NCBI RefSeq assembly: GCF_018977255.1
Contig: NW_024704743.1
Coordinates: 45,138,001 to 45,202,000 of the forward strand
Reading direction: 5' to 3'
Source of the DNA: Callorhinchus milii
Taxonomy: Eukaryota
DNA length: 64,000 nucleotides
Shown: positions 24,641 through 37,489 of the stretch, piece after piece
Layout: each line of letters begins with the position of its first letter
How positions within the stretch are numbered: position 1 is the first letter of the stretch
Program-made: the position numbers and the translations under genes
The notes under the pieces: model-generated
Told to the model about the DNA's origin: nothing
Seen by the model: the letters and a program-made list of their open reading frames with translations, nothing else
The model's database searches: none

Positions 24641-24739
24641 CAATTCTTTGCAACAATCATAAATATTAAGTTAGTTCTTTATTTCCCGCAGAAAATGTAA
24701 CTGAATTTAATATCTTTAATACTTAGTAATCTGACCTAC

Positions 24740-24831
24740 CAGTTTCCTCTGATCTTTCAAGATACGATGGTGCAGAGAATATACTTTCTGGCTCATGGTT
24801 TTTTGTGGGCTGTAGAGTACTTTTCCGGGCA
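24740..24831 (-). CDS. TOP2B: TOP2B exon ~32, ARKSTLQ...SIFSAPSYLERSEET
   Basis: tag| and G|gtagg, 92 nt, phase 2-1, which joins the neighbouring exons in frame. Resembles human LFSFPSYSQKSED. Confidence 0.82.
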
Positions 24832-25434
24832 CTAGATCAGAAAAAAAAGTTTACAAATGCTGTTACAAAACTAAGTTGTATTTCAGAACCTTACTACGTT
24901 ACCAATTTAAATATCTGTTCATCAGAGATTGTATTGTTCACTCCGTAATAACCCCGCTCATGTTTTTTGACAGAATTATTTCTGTTCTTTTACAAACAAA
25001 ATGTACATTTATGTAGCATCCTTTCATATTGGGTGGTCTCAACATGCTTCGTACAGCTGACAGGGTACTTAAGATTATTTTTAGCAGGGGGGAGGAAAAA
25101 GGAAGACAGCTGAGGAGGAGGGGGGGGGCTTAGGAAAGAAGCTGATTGATAGTACAATAGAAAATACTTTTTCTAGGCTAGTCTAAGGCAGACTTTAAAA
25201 GTAGGGAATCAGGGGCAACACGAAGGGACTCTAAGGTGGAGTTCCAGAGAGCAGGGATGGAGTTCCAAGGACTCTGGGGTAAAATGGCTGAAAGCTTGTT
25301 CATTGGTGGTGGGACCAATCAGGCAGGAGATATGAAGCCGGCTGCCATTAGCTGAGCAGACGAGGCATTCAGGTTAGTATGGTTTTAGGAGGTTGCAGAT
25401 AGGGTCACGCAAGGCCTAGAGGGATTTAAATATG

Positions 25435-26700
25435 AACATAAGAAATGCTAGACGAAAAAAGACCAAGGTCCATCTAGTTTGCCTTCTATCTTACTGATAG
25501 TCGCAGGCACATATGTTCCAAACTACCTATGTACTATATCCCATAATGTTATTTCCTAAAAGAAACTACCTAGTCTATGTTTGAAAGAATCAATACTTCC
25601 TGCTTCAACTGGCTCCCTAGGGAGCCTATTCCACAGGTTTACTGTTCATTCACTAAAATAGTGTTTGGTAGATTTGTTTTGAATTTACCTCCTTCAATCG
25701 CAAGCTGTGTTGTCTGGTTTTACTAGTCTGGACAAGTTGAAATAGCCTGTCATGATCTATATTGTTTAGCCCCTTTAGAACCTTAAAGATAGCAATCATG
25801 TTGTCTCTCAATCTTCTCTTTTCCAGAGTGAACATGCCCAATTTACTTAGTCACTCCTCATAGTCCAATCCTTCCATTCCCTCAGTCATTCTGGTTGCCC
25901 TCCTCTATATCTTCTCGATTTCTCCAATATCCTTTTTGTACTGCGGCGACCAGAACTGTACACAGTACTCTAATATGGTCTCACCAATGATTTATACAGC
26001 CTGCAGGCCCACTCCGACTAGATTTCTCAAGCACCCAAAGTCAGTCCTCTTGAAATTTGGCAGTTCTGTTGGTGTTTTTTAGGACCTCACCAACTCTTGT
26101 GATGTCAAATGTGAATGCATTGTGGTTGCTGTTGCTTAATGCTTCTCCCACCTTTACGTTGGAGATTTGGTCATCCCTGTTGCTCATTATGAAATTCAAG
26201 ATGTTATCTCCCCTTGTTGGCTCTTTTACAAAGTGAATCATAAAACAGTCTTCCTTTAACTCAAGAATCCCTTTTCCTATCTTACCAGTAGACACATTAT
26301 TATCCCAATCAAGTTCAGGTAACTTAAAACCTCCACCCACAATGGATGGTTCCTTACTGGTAGCCTTCCTTATCTCATTCCACAGTTCCAGATCGAGGCT
26401 GTCATCCTGGCTTGATGGTCTATATCAGACCCCCAGTAATAGCTTACCTGTTACCATCTTTTAATTCTACCCAAAGTGATTCTGTGTCTGCCCTTTCCTT
26501 TTTTATATCCTCTCTCACTTGTGTCTCAATAATGGAGCTTATATATAGTGCCACACCACCTCCTCTTCTCCTCATACGGTCCCTCCTAAACAGCTTATAA
26601 CCTTCCAGATGTGTATCCCATTGATTGGATTCATTCCACCGTATCTCTGTTATGTTAATGATGTCCAATCTATCACCCCCTACAAGACCTTCCAGATCAA
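25435..26700 (-). mobile_element. CR1-clade LINE remnant: endonuclease region joined to the 3' end
   Basis: GYKLFRRDR..GGGVALYI and EPTRGDNILNF (APE endonuclease), LEKRRLRDNMI.IFK (ORF2 C-terminus), and a CR1-type 3' end. Confidence 0.85.
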
Positions 26701-27029
26701 TGTGAGGACAAGCATCCGGAATTCGATCGACTGGGGGAGTGGAGAGTAAGCAAAGCCAAGCAAGAATGTGGGATGGGGGAGTTAATAGGGTCACAGAGAG
26801 TGGTGCGGAATAGCACATAGGTTTTAGAGTTTTGGATGGTATGAAGCTTGTTTAGGAGGAGCTGGGTAATCCAGAGAATAGAGTGTTGGAATAATCATCT
26901 CCAGATGGTGTGGCCCTCATCTCCAGGGCGTCACTTGTCCTATTCCCCTGCTCCACTGACTCATTCCCCTCTCTTGAACACCTTAACCTCGGCCATCCCT
27001 CCCATCTCTGACTAAAAATTCTCCTAATT

Positions 27030-29066
27030 AACCGCCCCCCAAAATCAAGGTGCGGTCTGCTGAACGCACTTAGCTCAAATCCGGCCTAATGGTCCAACAG
27101 CACACCTGGCTGGACTACATCAAAACTTACCACTCCGCTCTCCCCTCTCCCAAATCGTCCTTCTACTCCAGGTTAATCCTGGAAGCGAAGGGCAACCCCA
27201 GGCTCTTGTTCTCCACCATCAACTGGCTCATCCGCCCTCCCCACCACCCCTCGCAGATTCTTTCCTCCAACTCCCACTACGAGAAAATGCTGGACTTTTT
27301 CCTCGAGTCCAAAATCGAGGGAATCCGCTCAGCTGCCAATGGCCTCCCAACTTCCACCCCCTCCCTACCCCGACCCCACACTCTGACCACTATCCAGACC
27401 TCCTTCCACACCTTTGAACCTGTCACCCCCATCACCACCATATCGTCCATGAAGCTCACCACCTGCTCCCTGGATCCCAATCCCACCCCTCTTCTTAAAT
27501 CCCAGCTCCACCTCCTTGCCCCACTACTTGCCGACATCATCAACCTCTCCCTGTCACCTGGCACTGTTCCTACCCCCTTCAAAACAGCCATTATCACTCC
27601 CACCTTGAAGAAACCTTCCCTTCACAGCTATTTAGTTACCGACCCATCTCCCACCTCCCTTTTCTATCTAAGGTCCTTGAGAGAGCCGTTGCCTTCCAGC
27701 GTCGCTCTTTCCTCTCCTCCCACTCCCTTCATGAACCCCTCCAATCGGGTTTCCGTGCTGCCCACAGCACGGAAACTGCTCTGGTCAAGGTCACAAATGA
27801 CATCCTGACCATGTGTGAACAGAGCTCCCTCTGCCTCCTCGTCCTCTCCACCGCCTTTGATACCGTGGACCACTCAATCCTCCTCCACCGCCTCTCCTCC
27901 CACCTCAACCTTCAAGGTTCTGTTCTCGACTGGTTCAGGTCCTACCTTTCACACCGCCTCCACTTCGTCTCTGCAGACGGCTTCTCCTCCAGCCCCCGCA
28001 CTGTCTTGTGTGGTGTTCCTCAGGGATCTGTCCTCGGTCCCCTCCTCTTCACCCTCTACACGCTCCCCCTTGGTGACATCATCCGCAGACATGGGATAAA
28101 TTTCCACATGTATGCGGATGACACCCAACTCTATCTCTCTGCCTCCACCCTCAACTCCAGGACTACTGGCGACCTGACCGACTGCCTGTCCGACATCAAG
28201 TCCTGGACGAGGGACAACTTTCTTCAACTGAACGTCAGCAAGACCGAGGCCCTCCTGATTCGCTCTCGCCAGCGCCTCCGCACCTCGGGCTCTGGCAGCA
28301 TCAGCCTCCATGGCTGCACACTCAACCTCACTTAGTCAGGAACCTGGGGTCTTGTTTGACCCTAAACTGTCCTTTCTCCCCCACATCCGTACCATGACCA
28401 GCACTGCCTACCACCACCTCCGCAACATTGTCAGACTCCACCCTGCCTCACCCCTCAGGCTGCCGAAACCCTCACTCAAGTATTCGTCACATCAAGGCTC
28501 GATTATGGAAACTCCTTCCTCATCAGCCTTCCCAACTCTTCCCTTCACAAGCTGCAGATCATCCAAAACTCTGCAGCTCGTGTACTCTCGCGCACCAGGT
28601 ATCATGACTCCATCACTCCCACCTTTGCCTGACTCCACTGGCTCTCCATCCCCCAGAGGATCGAGTTCAAGATCCTCATCCTCACTTTCAAGGCCATCCA
28701 TGGCCTTGCACCCTCCTACCTCTCTGACCTGCTGACTCCCTACCAACCTGCCCGCTCCCTCCGTTCAGCGGGCTCCGGCCTGCTCCATGCCTCCTGCCCA
28801 ACTCGCCCTACCAGGTGGCCGGGCTTTCAGTCTCTCTGCCCCCACATTCTGGAACTGCACAGTCCCTTTGCCTCGCTTCCTCCCTTGCCTCCTTGAAGGC
28901 CGGTCTCAAGACCCTCCTTCAGTCGCCCTCCCATCGCTCTGCCTTCCCTCACTCCTACCCCACCCCTCCCCCATCCTCGGATCCTGACCCGACTGTCCAG
29001 CTCCTTGGGACATCCTCCCGATGAGAAAGGTGCTCTATAAATGTAATTTTGTTGTTGTTGTTGTTG
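27030..29066 (+). mobile_element. 5'-truncated, frameshifted L2-clade LINE with RT domain
   Basis: [20 protein letters not shown] and YADD (28111-28122), with a 3' tail ending (TTG)n. Confidence 0.92.
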
Positions 29067-30188
29067 TAATCAAGCCTAGAGGTAATGAACTGTGAATGAA
29101 GGTCTTGGCATCCTGGAAGGAGAGGTAGTGGCGGAGGTGGGCGATGTTGCAGAGGTGAGGATACGTGAGCAAATGAGTCTAGATGTAGAAATTGAAAGAC
29201 AGATCGGGATCGAACAAGACATCAAGGATTCACACCAGCTATGCAAGGTGGAGTGAGCATCTGTGCGTGTCGATGCGGTCAGAGCATTGGAAAGGCACTG
29301 AAGCAAAAACAACATGCAATTATAAAGCACCCTTCACAAGGGGTAGCATCTCGAAGTGCTTCAAAATTAGGTAAAAATAAATAAGAAAGCAAGAGCATGT
29401 TGATTCTGTTAACGTCCAACTGAAGAAGGTTAGAAATCATCCATTTAACACTTTCCATAGAACCTCATCTCCAGTTCTATACATTTTCAACTGTGACATG
29501 GGAAGTACAGTAATAGCTGTTGGAACATCAGAAATAGCTTTATTGCTATAACATATATGAAAGACAATTTATCCTTTATTCATCCACCATCCTTAATTTT
29601 ATTAAATTCATTTTATGAGTTTCTCCATAGTCTAATCTTTTCTATCTATTTTTAATTTTAGAACCATAATCAAGCTTCCTTCTGCCAGCCCCATTGCAGG
29701 TATTTCATTAGCTGATTGATAGGGTGTCAATCTCTAAACCAATATTAGCGTCCAAATTAAGAGGGACTTATGATAAATAAACTTGTCAGTAATTCTCCAT
29801 GAATAATCGTGAGACTGCCTGCAATTGAAGGCCTAACGGCTAAATATGTAAATTTCCTTAAAAGGAAGTGTGAAATGATCACAGTTCCCTATTTGTTCAA
29901 CTTTCACATATAACAGGGAAAAACTACGAGTAACCAAGATAGAACCAAATATTTCTAAAACCAAAAATTCTATCTTGCATCAAACTTCCTTTGCCACCTA
30001 CTATCTAATGACGCTTGCATAGCGGATAGCTGCAGAGAAATACATGTGCCCGTGTTGCCCACCTCCCCCACTATTTCAAGCATGTAGCAAAGGTGGTAAC
30101 TCCGTACTATCAATGATTATCTTCAAAGAAAAAAATATGGAATAAATATTTGAAAATTGTACACAAGGAATACAAATCATTTACTCAC

Positions 30189-30372
30189 TGTGAAGATGAT
30201 TGCCTTGATTTAGTAGAGAAGAAGATGTCATCTTCATCATCCTTCCCACCACTATCTGAAGGAACAAACTCAGCATCCCTTTCTTCTATACTTGGAGACT
30301 CTGATCTCATCTTTAATTCCTCATCATCTGGTTCCTCTTCAGAAAAATCAAAAGTGTACTTCGGTTTTTCAG
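30189..30372 (-). CDS. TOP2B: TOP2B exon ~31, AEKPKYTFDFSEEE...EFVPSD
   Basis: tag| and |gtgagt, 184 nt, phase 1-2. Confidence 0.9.
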
Positions 30373-30707
30373 CTAAGGTTTAAAAAGAGTCAAAGGTTAA
30401 GTACACAATCAATTAACAGTAATAAAAATAATCCTTACACTTGGTATAGCGCTTTTCACATGAGGACGACGTCCCAAAACGATCATAGTTGCAGAGAAAT
30501 ACATGTACTAGCTTGTGTTGCCCATACACAAGATATATTGCAAAGTGGTAGAACTGTGTAATTCATTGGGTGAATTTGTCAACCCACAGCAGTGTCCCAC
30601 AAGCAGTCAACAAGTGAATGACTAAATTTTATCTGGGGATTGTTGGCCAGACCATCAGGAGAAACTCCCTTCTATTTTCAAATAGTACTATGAGATCTTT
30701 AATGTCA

Positions 30708-30930
30708 TAAAAACGTAAGGATTTGCTAGGCGAAAGAAGACCAAGGTCCATTAGTACGCCTTCCACCATCCTGGCAATCGCTTGACATGTCGTGTCCCAA
30801 ACTATACACTGAGATATTATTTTCTAGCAGGAAGGTATTCTAATTTGCTCTTGAAACAAATGACATGTTCTGCTTGCACCGTCTCTCTATGGAGCCTGCT
30901 CCATAAGTTTACTACTTGTCCACCTAAACA
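30708..30930 (-). mobile_element. Short CR1 3'-end insertion
   Basis: Shares AAGACCAAGGTCCAT..AGT..GCCTTC with 25435-25500 and 42982-43066. Confidence 0.7.
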
Positions 30931-31252
30931 GACAGACGTGTTTCGTACAACTGCTAGGGTAAAAAGACTATCCAACCAAGATGGTCTCTCCCACTTCTCC
31001 AGCATCGCACCCCCCTCCTACCAAGCAGTTTAGCAAATTCTAACCCCATTTAATGGGAAAGTATTCATTTAATAATAGTATTATCATTTATTATTATGAA
31101 AAGTATTTACTTGTCTATGGGAGCAGAGTAAGTAAGAAATAAAAAGTTATAGCACAGGAAAAAATGTCGATAATTCTTTTTGAAATATCCCAGGAAATTA
31201 CATCAACAAATTTTTAAATAACATAAAGAATTTGGCATATTTTTCTCCTCTA

Positions 31253-31543
31253 AATAATAATAATCCTTGCGTTTGATATAGTGCTTTTCACGTCTTCTAG
31301 ACGTCTCAAGCGCTTCACAGAATAAACTGTAAAGTGAATTGACTGTATATTTGTGGGCGAAACGCGACAGCCAACAGCTGTGGATTGAAGTGACCAATTT
31401 ATTATTGTTTGTTTTTTTCTTGAGAGATTATTATTAGGCGTGTGGAGTAAGGAAACTTGCGCAAGGTTTTGCCCTGCCAGGAATCGAACCCAGGTCTCGC
31501 GCTTGAGAGGCTAGTGCTCTAACCACTAAGCTACAGGACTCCA
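31253..31543 (-). mobile_element. SINE family B, short variant
   Basis: Head and tail as in 13588-13904. Confidence 0.9.
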
Positions 31544-33107
31544 CAATAAGTATTGCTACTATGCAATTACCAACTAGCTGTATCTGAAGTTCAATCTGTA
31601 ACATTTTTAAGTGGAATGAAGAGCATGTAGATACTTCCATCTTCCTCCAACCAGAATTATAAAGTGTTACTATATTTAAAAAGAAATTCCTTCTCAACAG
31701 CAGCAACTTTGATTTACACTTTGGGACGTCCCCCCGACATGAAAAGCGCTATATCAAATGCAAGGATTATTATTATTAATTATTATATAGTGCCCTCCAC
31801 GTCGGACGGCGTCTCAGTAACAATAACAGATCCCGGGGCCGAACCAGGGGGAGGGGGAGGAAGGTGACCAACGGCGCAGTCGAAAAGAAAGGTCTTCAAC
31901 AGGGACCTGAAAATAGGAAGAGAGGGGGCGAGGTGAAGGAAGTGAGGAAGGGAATTCCAGAGTCTCGGGGCATAGTGGTTGAAGGCACGGCCGCCGAGGG
32001 TGGAGCAGGGAACTCGGGGGACGGGGAGGCGGCGCGACCCGGAGGAACGAAGGCACAAACTTCTCAAGGGGGGACATTCCAATTTGTGCCTATCCTTCAG
32101 CAATCTCAAAGTCAGGGCTTGGTTTATAGATGTAAAATACATTATTACAGCAGCCCTGTTGCTCCTGGGAAATTCGATCCTTTATGTGTGCGTGGTGAGT
32201 GGGGGGAGGGGGGGAAATACACTATTCTATTGACTGTGCACACCAATTTTACTTTGGACATTTATTGCTGGCATACATTATCTGCTAATCCAGTACTCTT
32301 TATATTCAATTGAAAATCATTGTAAATCATATATAAATCACCTAAGTCGTATATGCACCCAAGTCCCATTCAGTTTCCTACCAAAACCATTTCTTTGCAC
32401 TAGTTGTATTTACCACCCCTTAACTCATAACGCTGCTCCCCTACCCTCCACTACTCCCACTTACTGGCTACACTGAATCGCAGGAAATGACATCCTGGCC
32501 CATCGAAGCACACGTAGAATAGCTTCATTTCCCGCGATGCAATGTGATTCCAATGTAGCAATAGGTCAGGACACAATGAATCTCAGAAAACATAGTCTTG
32601 ACTGGTCACTGCATGGGCACTTACCGGCTGCATTGAATTATGCATGAGAAAAGTATTGAATAAATTGGATTTGTACAACGTAGTTTGTTGTAAGTCGGAC
32701 TTTGCATAAATCATATAAAGTATTATGTACCAGACTGATATGACTTATGTTGAATAATAATAATCCTTGCATTTGATATAGAGCCTTATCACGTCTTTGA
32801 GACGTCTCAAAGCGCTTCACAGAATATACTGTAAAGTGAATTGACTGTATATCATGTGGGCGAAACACGGCAGCCAATTGCACACAGCAATATCCCACAA
32901 ACAGAGGCATGTGGAGGAACTTGCCGAACATTTTGTCCTGCCAGAAATACTGTATATTTAACATCTAGAATCATCAATTACAATCAAACTGCATTAGGGA
33001 AATACTTGCTTTAATGCTGCACCCAGATTATCTATCTGATGGATTGACAGTTAAGCAAATTATTGTTTTTGGCTTCAGACACATATTAGGACATCTCCAT
33101 CAATCAC

Positions 33108-33266
33108 CTGCAGCTCTACGAGGTGCGATTTCTCGTGGAATAAATGTTAATTCAGATTCTTCTAGATCACTATCAGATTTGGATTCAGGATCAGACCAGG
33201 GGTTCTTTTTCTTTCCTTTCTTGACACTAGACTTGGAAGATGGAGGTGTTTTCCTTGCTCTGACAC
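33108..33266 (-). CDS. TOP2B: TOP2B exon ~30, GVRARKTP...KNPWSDPESKSDSDLEE...PRRAA
   Basis: cag| and G|gtgat, 159 nt. Conserved NPWSD motif. Confidence 0.92.
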
Positions 33267-34588
33267 CTGAAAATATAGAAGCATATGCCATAAGTAAGAG
33301 TATTTGCTAGTCATACACAGAAATAATAATAATAGTCCTTATTACGTTTCAAAGTGCTTCACAGAGTATACTATAAAGTGAATTGACTGTATTTTGTAGG
33401 TAAAATATACAGAAATAATGTTTGATATGCAGTATAGTATGTGAAACGTGTCCTCAATTTTAGATTTATATTGAAATGAAATTATTTTCAATGTACGGCT
33501 TCAGAAAATGTATATGTGGCAACACAAGTTGGAGATTAGATAAACATTAGGATGATTTCCTAATATTCATTCCTTATAAGTATCTATAAGAAACCAAGTG
33601 TGCATGTAACCTGTAAATTTAACTGCTTTTGTAGTGTTTTTATAATTTAATATTCTTCCTTCTATTATACACAAAAGTACCTTTAATAGCAAATTTACAA
33701 ATTGTAGAAAATTACATGAGGTCTTTTTTTATATGTGAAGTGGGAATAAAATTGTTGGATCTAATTCCACATGCAACATGAACTTTGTACCCTGACACAA
33801 GTCTGTCAATTTAAATAAATATATTTCTTACACTACAATTTACTGCATACCAATGGCAGTGAGCTGAAGCTACATGCTTGTTAGAGATGATCACATGCAT
33901 GATCACTCTAATTTTTCTATCACCACAAAACAAAAAACTGTAAGGAAATGCAGGAAATCTACAATAAATCAGAATATGAAAGAGATGTAACATTTTGGAT
34001 GTAACCCTTATGCTCAGCTCTTAGACACTGACTTGCAGTTGTATTTCCTCGAGCTGGAAATTTCAACAATAATTTACTTTTATATAGAAACTTTCACGTT
34101 GGGAGAACATCTCACAACACTTCACACAGCTGACTGGGAATCCAAACTGAAGGGGATGCAGGGGAGAGTTGGGTAGGGGGTAGAAAAGATGACCAAAAGC
34201 ATGGTCAAAAAGATAGGTCAAGGCAGGCTTTAAAGGTGGGGAAGGATAGGGGAAGAGTTCCAGTACGGAGTTCAAGAGATTGGGGTCTGAATGGCTAAAA
34301 GCAATTGATGGGGGAATGATTTGATGGAATGTCTCTATTGCTAAACTCCTGATCAGGGCAAAACAACCTTGGGTTGAAATCTATCTTTATTAGCTTTGAG
34401 ATTTCCTTAAGGTTCTATATAAATGTAAATGGTATTGCCTTTTATTTACTAAAGCACCATGTAGCTGCATTTATAATTCAGACCACCCGTAATTCCAGAA
34501 GTCAAATACTATGGTATATTAAAACTATGGTAAGTAGATTTGGAAGCAATGCCTGACTGGATATGTATTATTATTTCTGAGGCAAATA

Positions 34589-35259
34589 CAGTGAAAGCTG
34601 GTTAAGGCGGACACATCGGGACAGACATTTTGTTATTGTAACTGAAATACCATTCATGCCCAGCAGAGGAGCGCTGCATTCGGCATATAATAATTTGTAA
34701 TAATTTTCACTTGAAGCAATGTTAACTAATCAGTTAAAGTTAAAATACTCACAGAATTCTGTAAAATCTATTTATCTTTGTTACAGTTCAGTGCCCTTCC
34801 CGCCCCAGCAGAGGAGCAGCAGCGCTGCCGCCCTCCTATTGCCGTACGTACCCAATGGACGAGAACCAATTAGCGGTGGATTAGATGTGATTGACAGCCG
34901 GCAGCTCCACCCATTCACAAGCGTCTCAGCTGTCAACCAATCACAATACTCCTCCTCCCCCGTGTTCCTTCCGTTCCTCCGCCCCCTCACTGATTGACAG
35001 AGCAACTCCAGCCGCTTGTGGATGGCAGGAGTCCACTGTCAATTTCAAGTTGACTCCTCCCATCTACATCCCTCGTTGCTGAACATCACAGAGGGCCCGA
35101 GTGAGCGTTCAGCAGCGACCAGCACGGCATTTTGCCTGGAGTAACCGGATTTTCAGCCAAATTAGCAGGCATATTTAAAACAGGTAAGAATACAAACGAA
35201 TCAGGGCCAGGCGTTTTTTCTTTGATTTACCTGACGTCCGGCAAAAGCAAATTCCACTG
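34589..35259. mobile_element. Putative non-autonomous Tc1/mariner-pogo (Tigger-like) element
   Basis: TA|CAGTG...CACTG|TA ends with imperfect ~24-bp terminal inverted repeats. Confidence 0.45.
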
Positions 35260-35467
35260 TATATGTCAAAAAAAATGCTATTCTTTAATTTATGATACTT
35301 TTGAGAACTTTCAATTAAATTTCTAAGTGTTTTGACATAACCGAGGAACTCAACTGGGGTAACTAATAGAGGCTTGAGGATAATAAATTTAAGTTGTTCT
35401 CAAATCAGTTTAAGGGCATTTGCTGGTGTTGCCTCTTGTTAACACATTTTAATTTGTTTTAACACAC

Positions 35468-35603
35468 CAGGTTCCTTTTTATCTTTTTTCACCCTTGGAG
35501 TTTTGACTTTCGGCTCGCTTGTATTTAACACATCTTCATTTCCTTCTCCAAGTGTTGCTCCAACTTCTTCATCAAATTCCAGCTTCATTGAATCTGCATC
35601 ACT
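35468..35603 (-). CDS. TOP2B: TOP2B exon ~29, SDADSMKLEFDEE...KKDKKEP
   Basis: cag| and G|gtgtg, 136 nt, phase 0-1. Confidence 0.88.
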
Positions 35604-36869
35604 CTGCGCACAAACATTTAACTGTTAATATCAGAAGTGAACGATTAAACAGTCTGCTGGTATCAGAAGGATTTTTAAAAGCTAAATGCTCTGTGAAGCT
35701 TCTTAGAAAACATGTTGAAAATATGAACCAACTGTTTAATTCACTCTCATGTGAGGGGTCTTGGCAAAGAGTCTTGTGAGGAGCCCTGCCATGGAGCCTG
35801 ACAGGCCAGTGTAAACCAGAGCCCTCACCTTTCCTGCAGAAGCTTCTCCTTTTTGCCACTCAGGCACATAGGAATTGGTCACATTCTAGCCAGTGGTGCT
35901 CAAGAATTGGTGAAAAACAAATAGGATTTAATTGCAATAATAAATAATAATCCTTGCATTTGATATAGCACCTTATCACATCATTGAGATGTCTTCATAG
36001 CGCTTCATATTGTAAAGTGGTGATACTGTAGGTTTTGTTTGGGCAGATATAGCAGCCATTGAGTGAATGGAGTATTAGGGAATTGATGGTCAGGACATTA
36101 GAAGAAATTCCCGTGACTTTTCAAGTAGTGGCATGAGATCGCTTTAACATCCACGTGAAACAGGCAGATGGAATCTTGGTTTAACGTTGAAGGACTCCCC
36201 ACCTCCATCAACGTAGTATACCCCTGCACCGACCGCATTGCGATGCATCATAGAATATATGGTGCCATCCCTCCAAATTCCGATATGCGACTTGAACTTG
36301 CTAACTCAGAGGTGAGACTGCTACCAACCGAGTCAGGCTGACTCCTTGTATTGAAAATCGTACTTTTTAAAAAAAATACAAATAATACACAAAAGATAGG
36401 TACCCTTAAATTTTTTTATCTCCTAAAAAACCCATGTAGGTATCTTTTAATTTTTGATCTCCTCTTTAAGAGATCAAAAATTGGAGGGTACCTAAAAGGA
36501 ATAATGAAGCACTCAGAAATATGGAACACGAGAAACTTAGTATAGCTTTACACGACAAAGCTTGACTGACATATTGGGGATTTTTCAAAGAAATAATTGA
36601 CTGGATTACATATGACAGTGCATTCAACAATGCTTCTTTATAGCACACATTTGGTTATAAGCTGGGACAACAGAAAAGTGCAGCCGCACTTTTTCCGCAG
36701 AATTGGCTATAAACACCCTACTCCCCTACAAACTAGCTATAAATGAAGTTTCTGGCCCACGGGCCACTCAGTTACCTGATGTCACTGTGGGCGAAGCGGC
36801 TCCGGACGTGCATGTCCAGTGGAGCGCAAATGGCAAATGGGCTTCACTCAGAGGTCTCGCTGTTGTGAT

Positions 36870-37116
36870 TGTCTGTGTATTTTTGAGTGTCAGTGTGTGT
36901 CTCTCCTTGTGTGTGTCTATGTTTTTGTGAATGTCTGTGTGACTATGTCTCTCTCTGTGTTTGTGAGCGTCTGTGTGAGTGTCTCTCTCCTCTGTATGTG
37001 TCTGTTTGTGAGTGTCTCCGTGTGAATGTGTATCTCCACCTGCTTTGTGTGTATATCTGTCTATGAGTGTGTGTGTGTGTGTGTGTGTCTCTCTTTCTCT
37101 CTCTCTCTCTCTCTGT
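36870..37116. repeat. Degenerate (GT)n/(CT)n compound microsatellite
   Basis: GT/CT dinucleotide runs, purest at ~37067-37114. Confidence 0.9.
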
Positions 37117-37489
37117 GAGCAGTGAGCTCCTGTAGACTCGCTGGTTGTCCCCCTCACTCCCCCCAAAACAAAAATGGTCCACCGAGTTTTCACCAAACCC
37201 CACAATTTCCTGCAGATTAGCAAATTGCCCCATAATTGTTAGCAAATATTTCCGCACTTTTCTATTGGCCCAGGTTATAACTCAATTGCACTGTGGATTC
37301 GTTGTGCATGCATGCAGCCAACCCTCTTGCTCGCTTCCCACGAACTAACTGAGTTTCACACTACTACAGGCAACTTCTGGGTGTTTAATTCACCATTACC
37401 TTCACTTTGAGCACACTGCACCCAAGCAGCACACAGAAACAACTGAACTTAGGCCATATCGTATGAATCATTATGATGGTCAAAAACTT

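Noticed and set aside
34658..34828. CCAGCAGAGGAGC repeats as CTCF sites
   Set aside because: They deviate at the conserved GGC positions of the core.
36768..37257. His/Thr/Arg/Glu-rich ORFs
   Set aside because: Translations of a dinucleotide microsatellite.
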